Shown here: positions 19,301-27,075 of the stretch, one piece after another | How positions within the stretch are numbered: position 1 is the first letter of the stretch | Layout: the number at the start of each line of letters is the position of its first letter | NCBI GenBank assembly: GCA_001724215.1 | Contig: MEDW01000001.1 | Coordinates: 64,725 to 128,724, forward strand | Reading direction: 5' to 3' | Origin: Erythrobacter sp. SCN 62-14 | GTDB lineage: Bacteria; Pseudomonadota; Alphaproteobacteria; Sphingomonadales; Sphingomonadaceae | DNA: 64,000 nucleotides | The notes under the pieces: generated by a model | What the model was told of the DNA's origin: nothing | Databases searched by the model: none | Seen by the model: only the letters and a program-made list of their open reading frames with translations | Made by a program: the position numbers and the translations under genes

Positions 19301-21780
19301 GCGCGGTTTCAGGCGGGATTACGACGTTGGGGATCAGCGATGTTTCGACCGGCACGGCCAGCGGCAGCGCGGTTCTGGTGGTGGAAGTGCAGGGAGCCTC
19401 GCCCGCAGGCGTCTTCATGCTTGGCCGCGGCCCGATCACGGTGGATGGCCAGACCTACAGCCTTGAACAACAGGGTAACAACTGGCTGCTGACGGCGATC
19501 TGCACGGCGCCAGGAGGCTGCAGCGCGGTGACACCGCCGCCGCCTCCACCGCCGCCGCCGCCTTCGGGCACGATTGACGGCGACCTTGCTGGAAGCCCGG
19601 CCAATCCGATTGTCACAGTGGACCAGGATACCACAGTTACGGGCACAGTCAGCGGCGGGGCAACCGGCCCGGATGCGCGCAATTTCATCACCATCGACAC
19701 CACCGGCACAGTCGGCGCCGTTGCAGGGGACGCAGGCGATGATCAGATCTGGCTGCTTGGCGGCACAGTGCTCGGCAATGTCGCAAGCGGCGAGGGCGAT
19801 GATCGCATCATGCTCAACGGCGGCAGTGTTGCCGGTGCGATTGATGCAGGCAATGGCAACAACGCTGTTAACTTGATGGCGGGCAGCGCAGGCTCGGTTC
19901 AATCGGGCATGGGCAATGATGTGGTGCAGCTTGGCGGCGCCACCATCGCAGGCGCGATTGATACAGGCGCAGGCGATGATACGATCGTGCTGATCGCAGG
20001 CAGTGCCGGATCCGTGCTGGCAGGCGCTGGCAATGATACGCTGAACTGGAACAGCGCTGCTGCCATCACGCCGCTTATCAATATGGGCGCAGGCAATGAT
20101 GTGCTCAACATCAATGATGCCGCGATTGGCCTTGCCAATGTGGTGCTGAACGGAGGCACTGGCGCCAACACGCTCAATCTCAACAATGGTTGGAGCGGCG
20201 CGCTTGCCGGGGCAAACACGCTGGGTTGGCAGAGCATCAATGTGAACGGCGGCACGCTGTTCGTGAATGACGGGGCGATCACGGCGGGCACGCTGACGAT
20301 CGGCAATGGCGGCACGCTCAACGCATCGAACAGCCTTGTGGTGAATGGCAATCTTGCGGTGAGCGCAGGCTCGATGCTGATTGCGGGCAACAACACCGGG
20401 ACCAATCGCCCTGTGGTGCGCGGCAATCTCTCTAATGCAGGCACAATCGATCTGCGCAGCCCGACCGGCGTTGTCGCGGCCGGCGATATCCTGACGGTGG
20501 AAGGCGATTACATCACGCTCGCCAATAATCTGCGCCTTGATGCGGTGCTGGGCGGCAATCACCTGTCCGATCAGGTGGTGGTGCGCGGCAATCTTATCGG
20601 CACGGGCATGGTGACGATCAGCAATGCAGGCGGCACGGGCGCGCTGACCACGGGCGATGGCATCCGGCTGGTGCAGGTTGATGGGTCATCGGCCAATGGT
20701 TCGCTGGCTCTGGCGGGCGGGACGATTGATGTCGGCGCGTTCCGCTATGGCCTGTTTGCAGGCGGCATCGCCAATCCCGGTGATCAGGACTGGTATCTGC
20801 GATCGCGCGCGCGCGATATCGTAATGCCCACCATCAGCATGGCCCGCGTGTCGCAGGACCTTGGCTTGACGGCGCTTGGCACGCTCAACGAGCGGGTCGG
20901 CGAGCAGGCGCGGATTGGCGGCGCGGGCGATGAAAGCGGCGTCTTTACCGGAGCCTGGCTGCGCGCCTTTGGCAAGTCTGGACCTGAGACGATCATTTCG
21001 GCAGCTTTTGGCGACACCCGCAGCGATGCCCAGATGGGCGGGCTTCAGATGGGCGTTGATGTGCTGCGCTCGGTGGCCAGCGATGGCTCGCGCACGGTGC
21101 TCGGGCTGACGGCTGGTGCAATGTGGGCAGGCACGCGTGATTTTGCCGGAGCACAGCGCGCCGCGCGCATGGGCCAATCCAATTCGGATGGCTTTGTGAT
21201 CGGCGCCTACGCCACGCATTATGCGCCCTCGGGCTTCTATGTCGATGCGGTGCTGCAGCATGACTGGCTCGATCACACGATCAGCGCAGTCGATGGCACC
21301 CGCGCGGATACAGACAGCCGCACCTTCATTGCCTCGCTCGAAATGGGCCACGCTTTCGGCTCCCTGTGGCAGATCGAGCCGCAAGCGCAGCTGATTTACG
21401 CGGCCACCAGCGTTGATGGCTTCACCGACAGCTCGCGCGTTGCCAACAGCGTGTCGGTGGATGACAGCGTGATTGGCCGGGCGGGCCTCAGGTTGAAGCG
21501 CAGCTTTGCAGGCGATGAGACCACCGGGGCAGGGCGCGTGACCATCTACGGCAAGGGCAATCTGTGGCATCGCCTGAGCGGCGGCGGTGCGGCCTTCAGC
21601 GTGGGCGTGTCGGCTCCGGGCGCAGTGTTCTTCCGCGAAAGCTGGGGTGATGTGGGCGCGGGCGTCAGCGTCGGCATTGGCCCGCGGGCCGAATTCTTCG
21701 CTGATGGCGAGGTTGAGTTCGGCCTCGACCAAAGCGGCACCGCCGTGGCGGGGCGGACTGGGATCCGACTGCGGTTCTAA
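16318..21780 (+). CDS. Type Va autotransporter adhesin, 1820 aa (AIDA-like Gly/Thr/Ser/Ala-rich passenger, C-terminal beta-barrel)
   Basis: AAGGAG SD at 16305-16310. About 68-aa extended signal peptide ending AQA. Repetitive beta-helix passenger; barrel motifs GAWLRAFG, GFYVDAVLQ, SLEMG, IEPQAQL; ends GIRLRF. Confidence 0.95.
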   Translation: MSPITKAAAGFASITLRGGRITKWHGQAASCAPQVGSLGTGAIAASASTLAIGAALGAVMLTPSAAQAGQCAETVPGSLVFECTGPENASNDVTQLLVAAAGESVLIETQPGFGLAVSGSPAFDITGASGSGSITLRDRNNNASRFLGRGGITINHSGTGAVDLEVSALVLGTQVGSSIFVDSRGSGISVVAREVSAPRGVYVIGRGTGDISITTTGLVTGTVFEGIYAATTSSTGALSITANDVTGGSDAIRASASGAGATTITTTGTVAGGTNGIAVRDYGPGDLMITTSGAVSGGANGILISDYGAGNIVVNATGPVSATNVAGINIDKEFAGARLGDITVNAVDTSSIFGIRVRQNGTGDLSITSTGTATGLGNGIGIEAFSLGGDVTIASQTATGGYTGIRVRGGIGETSITADTTTGGAYGIKAYSGGTGGLAITTSGVTTATNATDGTAIQADSNGSLAITTNGATIGGARGIAFSQVGAATITTNQAVEGTSAAGIEGNIGQYGYGSGGTTTITSNAAVRGGTDGILIRDYGTGDVQITASGDVTGTSGSAIRVIKDYAGARLGDIAISAVNTSGGASGIEVFQQGEGALSITSTGTANGAGVHGINANSYGNGLTITSQEAVGANTGIRLAAFGATGADSVTSHTATGGQSGIVAGSASRDGLTVTTTGATTGGSGTGLVASNSRGDVVINAQGAVSGGYDGIFGSSNDGSGTLTITASAPVTGTARHGIAAYAQRNAAARIEITAGDVSGGESAIFAYADPVNGIAITLSGTAQGGSGAAIDTITGAGALSTITITDTAGALAGSSGVAIRNDAGDSLVDVAGTIGGDVRLGEGSDTLNIAAGAVLQTGLVLDGGDTASAADGMIDTLNFNGWNGVLAGSNLTNWEAINLNTGTELRLTGGTLVTGDAGDLATGLFVNTGATLDLGGVGLALTGNLFNDGTITMANGIAGDVLAVSGDYVGTGNGVIGLDTNFFTNISDRLTVGGAVSGGITTLGISDVSTGTASGSAVLVVEVQGASPAGVFMLGRGPITVDGQTYSLEQQGNNWLLTAICTAPGGCSAVTPPPPPPPPPPSGTIDGDLAGSPANPIVTVDQDTTVTGTVSGGATGPDARNFITIDTTGTVGAVAGDAGDDQIWLLGGTVLGNVASGEGDDRIMLNGGSVAGAIDAGNGNNAVNLMAGSAGSVQSGMGNDVVQLGGATIAGAIDTGAGDDTIVLIAGSAGSVLAGAGNDTLNWNSAAAITPLINMGAGNDVLNINDAAIGLANVVLNGGTGANTLNLNNGWSGALAGANTLGWQSINVNGGTLFVNDGAITAGTLTIGNGGTLNASNSLVVNGNLAVSAGSMLIAGNNTGTNRPVVRGNLSNAGTIDLRSPTGVVAAGDILTVEGDYITLANNLRLDAVLGGNHLSDQVVVRGNLIGTGMVTISNAGGTGALTTGDGIRLVQVDGSSANGSLALAGGTIDVGAFRYGLFAGGIANPGDQDWYLRSRARDIVMPTISMARVSQDLGLTALGTLNERVGEQARIGGAGDESGVFTGAWLRAFGKSGPETIISAAFGDTRSDAQMGGLQMGVDVLRSVASDGSRTVLGLTAGAMWAGTRDFAGAQRAARMGQSNSDGFVIGAYATHYAPSGFYVDAVLQHDWLDHTISAVDGTRADTDSRTFIASLEMGHAFGSLWQIEPQAQLIYAATSVDGFTDSSRVANSVSVDDSVIGRAGLRLKRSFAGDETTGAGRVTIYGKGNLWHRLSGGGAAFSVGVSAPGAVFFRESWGDVGAGVSVGIGPRAEFFADGEVEFGLDQSGTAVAGRTGIRLRF

Positions 21781-21981
21781 ACCACTTTCCGATCAAGCTG
21801 GATCAGGCAAATGCGTGCAGCCCGGATAGGTCCGAGCCTTGCCTCTCCCGCCGTGCCAGCTTGATCGGCAAGACACACTAGCGGCCTTTTTTCAATCATT
21901 CCGGATTGGGAAAAGCGGCCAAGCCTGCGCTGCGCCATCATGGTAGCGCTGATGTCGTTGTTGCGTCCAGCGGGTGCTTGG

Positions 21982-22017
21982 GCGCAGCAGCGCAACAGCG
22001 CTGCGCGTTATTTTTTT
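21982..22017 (+). terminator. Candidate intrinsic terminator about 200 nt downstream of the autotransporter
   Basis: GCG-cag-CAGCGC aaca GCGCTG-CGC hairpin followed by GTTATTTTTTT. Confidence 0.55.
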
Positions 22018-22231
22018 AGCGCCAAAGCCCGGCCGGTTGCGGCCAATAACAATGTCCGTGCGGCGCCGCGGTATTTCCAGCGCGCAGATAGCGTCAGCAT
22101 CTTTGCGCGCTGGTATGAGGCGCAACTGCGGTGGTGTGGCGTGCACCGCCGCAGTTACGGCTGTTGCGCGCCTTGGCGAGCCCAGTGACACGCGCAAACG
22201 CCGGTCAGCTGAGAATTCCACGTTGTTTGGG

Positions 22232-22260
22232 CAAAGAAAAACCCCGCCGGAGCGGGGTCT
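22232..22260 (-). terminator. Intrinsic terminator downstream of tRNA-Val
   Basis: Minus strand ACCCCGC-tccg-GCGGGGT followed by TTTTCTTT. Confidence 0.8.
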
Positions 22261-22264
22261 TCGA

Positions 22265-22339
22265 TGGTGGGCGTAGGAAGGATTGAACTTCCGACCCCTG
22301 CGATGTCAACACAGTGCTCTACCACTGAGCTATACGCCC
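22265..22339 (-). tRNA. tRNA-Val(GAC)
   Basis: Reverse complement GGGCGTATAGCTCAGTGGTAGAGCACTGTGTTGACATCGCAGGGGTCGGAAGTTCAATCCTTCCTACGCCCACCA folds as a cloverleaf. Anticodon loop TTGACAT; CCA is encoded. Confidence 0.98.
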
Positions 22340-22441
22340 ACTTTATCGAAGGCAGCCTAACCATGAGGGACAGGCGGAGCGCGCCCATAACCCAAGGTTA
22401 CCTAAGGCGCAAGCGATTCGCGCGCGCCGCAGTGAATGGCC

Positions 22442-22831
22442 TCAAACCCGCGCTTCGCGCATCTCGTCGAACAGGCGTTCGACCTCCAGCACCAGATCGC
22501 GCAGGTGAAAGGGTTTGGACAAAACCTTGGCCGCTGGCTGTTCTCGGCTCGCCCGCAAGGACACCGCCGCAAAGCCGGTGATGAACATCACCTTGGTGCG
22601 TGGGCTAACTTCGGCGCAATGCTGCGCCAGTTCGATCCCGTCCATTTCGGGCATGACAATATCCGAGACGAGCAGATCATAGTCGCCGGTTTTCAGCAGC
22701 GGCAGGGCAGCCGTGCCGCAATCGACTGCGCTTACCTGATAGCCAGCGTTGGTCAAAGCGCGCGCCAGATAGGTGCGCATGGCTTCTTCATCCTCAGCCA
22801 GCAGGATGCGTGGGGCAGCAATATCGTTCAT
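22442..22831 (-). CDS. cpdR: Single-domain response regulator CpdR (ClpXP adaptor, cell cycle)
   Basis: RILLAEDEEAMR, DLLVSDIVMPEMDGIELA, KVMFITGFAAVSL, LSKPFHLRDLV are CpdR-specific; it sits between tRNA-Val and an N-formylglutamate amidohydrolase gene. Confidence 0.93.
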   Translation of the reverse strand: MNDIAAPRILLAEDEEAMRTYLARALTNAGYQVSAVDCGTAALPLLKTGDYDLLVSDIVMPEMDGIELAQHCAEVSPRTKVMFITGFAAVSLRASREQPAAKVLSKPFHLRDLVLEVERLFDEMREARV

Positions 22832-22946
22832 GCGCTCGGGATTAGCACGCGGAGTTTAAGAAATCTTATCAGGATTGCTTGCGCTGCTGATTTTGCGACC
22901 GGCAGCCTTTGACAAGGCGCGCCAATCAGGGCAGCACCTGTATGCA

Positions 22947-23933
22947 ATGGCGCAATACCCCGAACTTGCCCAACTTACCGACCTTCAGCCGGCCTGCCGT
23001 GTGGTGCATGGCGGCCGGCTTGCTGCGGATCGGGATCAAGCCGCGTTCTCCTTGATCGCACCTGAGGCAGGGCCTCTGCCGGTGCTTATCGCGGTTCCTC
23101 ATGGCGGCCGTGCTTATGTCGACGAACTGCTTACCCGGATGCGGGCGCCCGAGATGTGCCAGCTGCGGCTGGAGGATCGCCATGTTGATGCACTCGGGAT
23201 CGCTGCGGCCAAGCAGACCGGCGCGGGCCTGCTTGTGGCCCATGCACCGCGTGCGATGCTCGATCTGAACCGGGCACCAAGCGACATTGACTGGGACATG
23301 ATCGAAGGCGCGCGCCTCGCGTGGCCGTCGCTAGCGCTGTCAGACAGCAGCGGGCAGGCCAATCACCGCGCGCGCAGCGGCCTAGGGCTTGTGCCACGAC
23401 GCTTGCCGGGACACGGCGAGATCTGGCGCTCTCGCTTGCCGCGCGCAGAGCTTGAACGCCGCATTGCTGACATCCATGAACCCTACCACGCAGCGCTCGG
23501 GCAGGAATTGCGCCGGATCCGCGACCAATGGGGGGCGGCCTTGCTGATCGATCTGCACTCGATGCCCCCGCTTGGGGTGCGCGCCGGGGGTGAGCCTGCC
23601 CCCGTGGCGGTTCTGGGGGATCGCTTTGGCGCGTCGTGCCATCACGCGTTGATGCGGCGCGGGCTCGACGTTCTGGCGAGCGAGGGCTTGGGAGCGGCGC
23701 AGAACCGGCCCTATTCGGGCGGCTATGTGCTCGACCGCCACGGCCGACCGGACAGCGGAATTCACGCTATTCAGGTTGAGTTGTGCCGTTCGCTCTACCT
23801 TGACGACGATTTCGCCGCGCTCAGCGCAGGCGCTGCCATGTTGAGCGCTGTGCTGGCTTGTCTGGTGAACGAGCTGGGCCGCGAGACGGCGGCTCTCGGC
23901 CAGGCGCGCGGGCTGTTGGAAGCTGCGGAATAG
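22947..23933 (+). CDS. N-formylglutamate amidohydrolase family protein
   Basis: PVLIAVPHGGR, LED, DLNRA, GLGLVPR, PYHAAL, LIDLHSMP, NRPYSGGY, HAIQVELCR. The start is uncertain (22875-22947). Confidence 0.9.
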   Translation: MAQYPELAQLTDLQPACRVVHGGRLAADRDQAAFSLIAPEAGPLPVLIAVPHGGRAYVDELLTRMRAPEMCQLRLEDRHVDALGIAAAKQTGAGLLVAHAPRAMLDLNRAPSDIDWDMIEGARLAWPSLALSDSSGQANHRARSGLGLVPRRLPGHGEIWRSRLPRAELERRIADIHEPYHAALGQELRRIRDQWGAALLIDLHSMPPLGVRAGGEPAPVAVLGDRFGASCHHALMRRGLDVLASEGLGAAQNRPYSGGYVLDRHGRPDSGIHAIQVELCRSLYLDDDFAALSAGAAMLSAVLACLVNELGRETAALGQARGLLEAAE

Positions 23934-23984
23934 GCCCATGCGCCTGCGCTGCGCAGCGGCAGCACAGGCGCAACCCGGTCGCAA

Positions 23985-24761
23985 TCAGGCGGCCGGAGCC
24001 GGTGTCGGCACCTTGCCCTGCAGGGCCTGACGTTCAAAGATCGAGCGCATCAGATTGAGCGAGAACAAGTGGGCGTGGATCAGCATGATCATCCCGTTCT
24101 TGTGGATCATGTCGAGCTTGTCAGCGGGCAGATCGCGCAGTTTGGCTTCATCCACCATGCGGAAACCGCGATAGACAAAGGGCGTGTCGGGCTTGTCAGC
24201 CTGAGTGATCGCCACTTCGCCGTCCATCATGATATCGAGCTCATCAAGCAGCTTCATGAAGGCCTGCGTCCGATGGCCTGCTTCTTCAAACTGACGGCAG
24301 AAATCGAGAATGCGCTGGGTGTTTTCGGTCGGCTCGCCCGCTGGGGTGAACAGAGCTTCGCCTTCCACATCCTTGCCGATGTTCTTGACCGAGGGATCAA
24401 AGCACAGCGAAAGATCATCGCTGTCCGGCGTCAGACGAGCCAGCATGAAGGGGTAGCGGCGCGCATAGGCGGGAAGATAGACATTTTCGGTAAGCTTGTG
24501 GTCATCGCCCATGAAAGTGTTGACGCCTTCATTAAGGCCCATCAGCGCGATCGGAACCGGGTTTTCGCCGACAGTAAAAACAATCGGGAAATTACGCTGT
24601 GCGTCGATGAATTCCTCAACCGTCAGCGGGATCGCGTGGGTGTTCGCCATGAAAGCGGCGTTCTCAAGCGGCCCGACTTTCCATCCGGTGTGATCGCGGC
24701 TGTTGAGCGGAATAAGATCGTTGTAGAACAGGGGCAGGGTCGGCTGCGGCGCGCTGGCCAT
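23985..24761 (-). CDS. SapC family protein
   Basis: IPLTVEEF, FPIVF, ALMGL, YLPAYARRYPF, GFRMVDEAKL, HAHLFSL. Confidence 0.88.
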   Translation of the reverse strand: MASAPQPTLPLFYNDLIPLNSRDHTGWKVGPLENAAFMANTHAIPLTVEEFIDAQRNFPIVFTVGENPVPIALMGLNEGVNTFMGDDHKLTENVYLPAYARRYPFMLARLTPDSDDLSLCFDPSVKNIGKDVEGEALFTPAGEPTENTQRILDFCRQFEEAGHRTQAFMKLLDELDIMMDGEVAITQADKPDTPFVYRGFRMVDEAKLRDLPADKLDMIHKNGMIMLIHAHLFSLNLMRSIFERQALQGKVPTPAPAA

Positions 24762-24884
24762 GAAGGTCTCTCCGAATAGATCTGTTGCAATATCGGTTAA
24801 TCGAAAGGCCAGCAGATGATCCGCCCGCCCGCCGGATGCGCGGCGCTTTAGGCTTTTGCGCGGGCCCGTGCAAGCAGCACGCGC

Positions 24885-26342
24885 CTAAGGCTGCAAAAGC
24901 TTGCCCGGATTAAGCAGACCGGCCGGATCAAGCGCCTGTTTAACCCCGCGCATCATCCTGAGCCGGACCGGATCGGTGAGACGCACAAGTTCAGCAACCT
25001 TCATCTGCCCGATCCCATGTTCAGCGCTGATCGAGCCGCCCCATGCGCGCACCAGATCATAAACCATCGCGCTGACCGCCTTACCCTCGCGCTCCTCCCA
25101 TACGCCCGGCTGAGCACCTGCTGGCGCCAGCACATGGAAATGCACATTGCCATCACCCAGGTGCCCAAAGGCGACCGCGCGCGTGCCGGGAAATTCGGCT
25201 TCGATCTTCGGGCTGGCGGCTGCGATGAATTCGGGCATGGCTTCGACCGGCACCGAGATATCATGCTGCATTGCTGGGCCAAGCGCGCGTTCGGCGGCTG
25301 AAATCCCATCGCGCAAGGCCCAGAATTCGTCGGCCTGCCGCTCGCCTGCCGCAATCACCGCATCATCAAGCAGCCCGTCTTCCAAAGCGCGTCCCAGCAC
25401 GGCTTCGATCTCGTCGCGCAAGGCGGCCTGTTCCTTACCTGAGGCGACAAATTCGATCAGCGCGTTCCACGGATGGGCTGTATCAAGCGGCGCGCGCGCG
25501 GATGGTTGATGCGCCAGCACGCTGGCCAGGCAATGGGCAGGAACGACTTCAAAGCCTTCGAGCGTATCGCCCGCTGCGCCTTGCAGGCGTTGCAGCAGGG
25601 TGCGCGCGGCGGTGATCGAGGCAAGCCCCGCCCAGATCGTCACGCGCGCGCTCGATGCTGGCAACAGCCTGAGGCAAGCCGCCGTGACAATCCCCAGCGT
25701 TCCTTCAGAGCCGATCAACAGCTGCTTGAGATCAAACCCGCGGTTGTCTTTTTTAAGAACTGTCAGGCCGTCAAACACATCCCCATTGGCCAGCACCGCT
25801 TCCAGCCCCAGCACCTGCGCGCGCATTGTCCCGTGTCGCAGCACCTGGGTGCCGCCGGCATTGGTGGAAACGAGCCCGCCAATGGTGGCCGAGCCCTTGC
25901 CGCCCAAAGTGAGCGGAAAGCGCAAGCCGTGTTCCTCGGCCACATCATGCAGGTGCTGAAGAATAACGCCTGCCTCGCAGATGATCTGGCCATCTGCGGC
26001 GCGCAATTCGCGCACCCGGCTCATGCGTCTTAATGACAGGATGATCGCTGCCCCGCTCGCATCAGGGGTCGCGCCGCCTGCCATCCCGCTATTGCCACCT
26101 TGCGGGACAATCGGCACGCCGTGCTCTGCACACAGCTTCACAAGGGCCGCCACTTCCGCAGTGGTTTCCGGCGATGCCATGGCCAAGGCGCGCCCGGTGT
26201 AGCGCCCGCGCCAATCGGTTAGCCAAGGCAGCAGCAGGTCCGGGTCAGCGGTAAACCCGCGCGTTCCCAGCAGGTTTTGTGCCGCGCTGAGAAAGGCATT
26301 GGTGTCAAGGGTGTGATCGGGGGCAGGGGCGGTGCTTGTCAT
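24885..26342 (-). CDS. FAD-binding oxidoreductase (D-2-hydroxyacid dehydrogenase / GlcD-like, VAO/PCMH family)
   Basis: PQGGNSGM, GSATIGG..STNAGG, GSEGTLG, GHLGDGNVH, SAEHGIG, DPAGLLNPGK. Confidence 0.92.
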   Translation of the reverse strand: MTSTAPAPDHTLDTNAFLSAAQNLLGTRGFTADPDLLLPWLTDWRGRYTGRALAMASPETTAEVAALVKLCAEHGVPIVPQGGNSGMAGGATPDASGAAIILSLRRMSRVRELRAADGQIICEAGVILQHLHDVAEEHGLRFPLTLGGKGSATIGGLVSTNAGGTQVLRHGTMRAQVLGLEAVLANGDVFDGLTVLKKDNRGFDLKQLLIGSEGTLGIVTAACLRLLPASSARVTIWAGLASITAARTLLQRLQGAAGDTLEGFEVVPAHCLASVLAHQPSARAPLDTAHPWNALIEFVASGKEQAALRDEIEAVLGRALEDGLLDDAVIAAGERQADEFWALRDGISAAERALGPAMQHDISVPVEAMPEFIAAASPKIEAEFPGTRAVAFGHLGDGNVHFHVLAPAGAQPGVWEEREGKAVSAMVYDLVRAWGGSISAEHGIGQMKVAELVRLTDPVRLRMMRGVKQALDPAGLLNPGKLLQP

Positions 26343-26405
26343 GGCTCAGACTTATGGCACAAACCCCATTCATTGAGCCAGTCCATTGGCGCTGCGCTTG
26401 TCCAG

Positions 26406-26420
26406 TTAAGGCACGGTTCA
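26406..26420 (+). promoter_or_regulatory. CtrA-box-like site TTAA-N7-TTCA
   Basis: One mismatch to the CtrA consensus TTAA-N7-TTAA, in the divergent intergenic region 26343-26514. Confidence 0.4.
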
Positions 26421-26514
26421 ACCTTGGCTGATAGAGCCGGGGTTGGGGAACCGCGCTCTGACATGACGGACGTGGCGGTTATAATACGGGACTTCAGGAG
26501 GAAATTGGGCCTTC

Positions 26515-27075
26515 ATGCCTCGCCTGTCTGCTTTGGGAGCGCCACTGGCGCTGGCGCTGCTGCTTGCCGCGAGCCTCGGCCATGCCGGACCGCCCGATAG
26601 CGGCGAGGAACCCGGTCTCGGTGCGGCCCCGCGTGCGTCACAATGGGCTGGCTTCAGCCCGCTTCACGTCTTGCTGGAACAGCAGATCCTGTCCCAAGTG
26701 CGCATCGAACAGCGTGTGGTGGTAAGGATTTCGCCCCAGCCCATGGCGGTGCGGCAAGAATTGGCAGCCCAAGCCTTCGAGCGCGAATTGGTCAATCGCT
26801 ACGAAGAGCGCAAAATCGGCAAATGCCTGCCGCTTGAAAGTATTGCCGCTGTCCAGACGGGAGGGGCCAACCGGCTGGTTCTGTTCCTGCGCGATCAGCG
26901 GATGGTTTCCCTGAGTCTGGAAAAGGGGTGCCGCGCGCGCGATTTTTATTCGGGCTTTTATGTGGAGCGTCACAAGGACGGACGGCTGTGCATTGAACGC
27001 GATCAATTGCAATCGCGCAGCGGCGCCATCTGCGAGATTGAACGCTTGCGTCAGTTGGTGGAAATTCAGAACTGA
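26515..27075 (+). CDS. Secreted hypothetical protein with four spaced Cys (DUF6491-like pattern)
   Basis: GGAGG upstream, signal peptide ending GHA, C-terminal C..I...C.....C.....C pattern. The family call is tentative. Confidence 0.7.
   Translation: MPRLSALGAPLALALLLAASLGHAGPPDSGEEPGLGAAPRASQWAGFSPLHVLLEQQILSQVRIEQRVVVRISPQPMAVRQELAAQAFERELVNRYEERKIGKCLPLESIAAVQTGGANRLVLFLRDQRMVSLSLEKGCRARDFYSGFYVERHKDGRLCIERDQLQSRSGAICEIERLRQLVEIQN

Noticed and set aside
19534-19563. (CCG)n tract as a phase-variation switch
   Set aside because: It is a trinucleotide run interrupted by CCT/CCA; slippage would stay in frame and only change linker length.
15137-22178. 14/17-nt direct repeat (TGTTGCGC.C..TGGCG at 15137 and 22162) flanking the TIGR03032-autotransporter block; both copies read CCAxWR
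   Set aside because: A rough estimate says a match this good is expected by chance between two GC-rich regions of a few hundred bases. It is not related to the tRNA end.
21940-22188. 82-aa ORF with a signal-peptide-like start (…AGAWAQQ) and Cys-rich end
   Set aside because: No SD, no recognisable family, and it runs through a terminator-like hairpin with a T7 run. It could at most be a remnant.
14190-22339. attL/attR duplication or integrase for a tRNA-Val island
   Set aside because: I found no second copy of the tRNA 3' sequence and no recombinase ORF.
22832-22875. Full CtrA box in the cpdR promoter
   Set aside because: Only one TTAA; the partner half-site at N7 spacing matches 1 of 4 bases.
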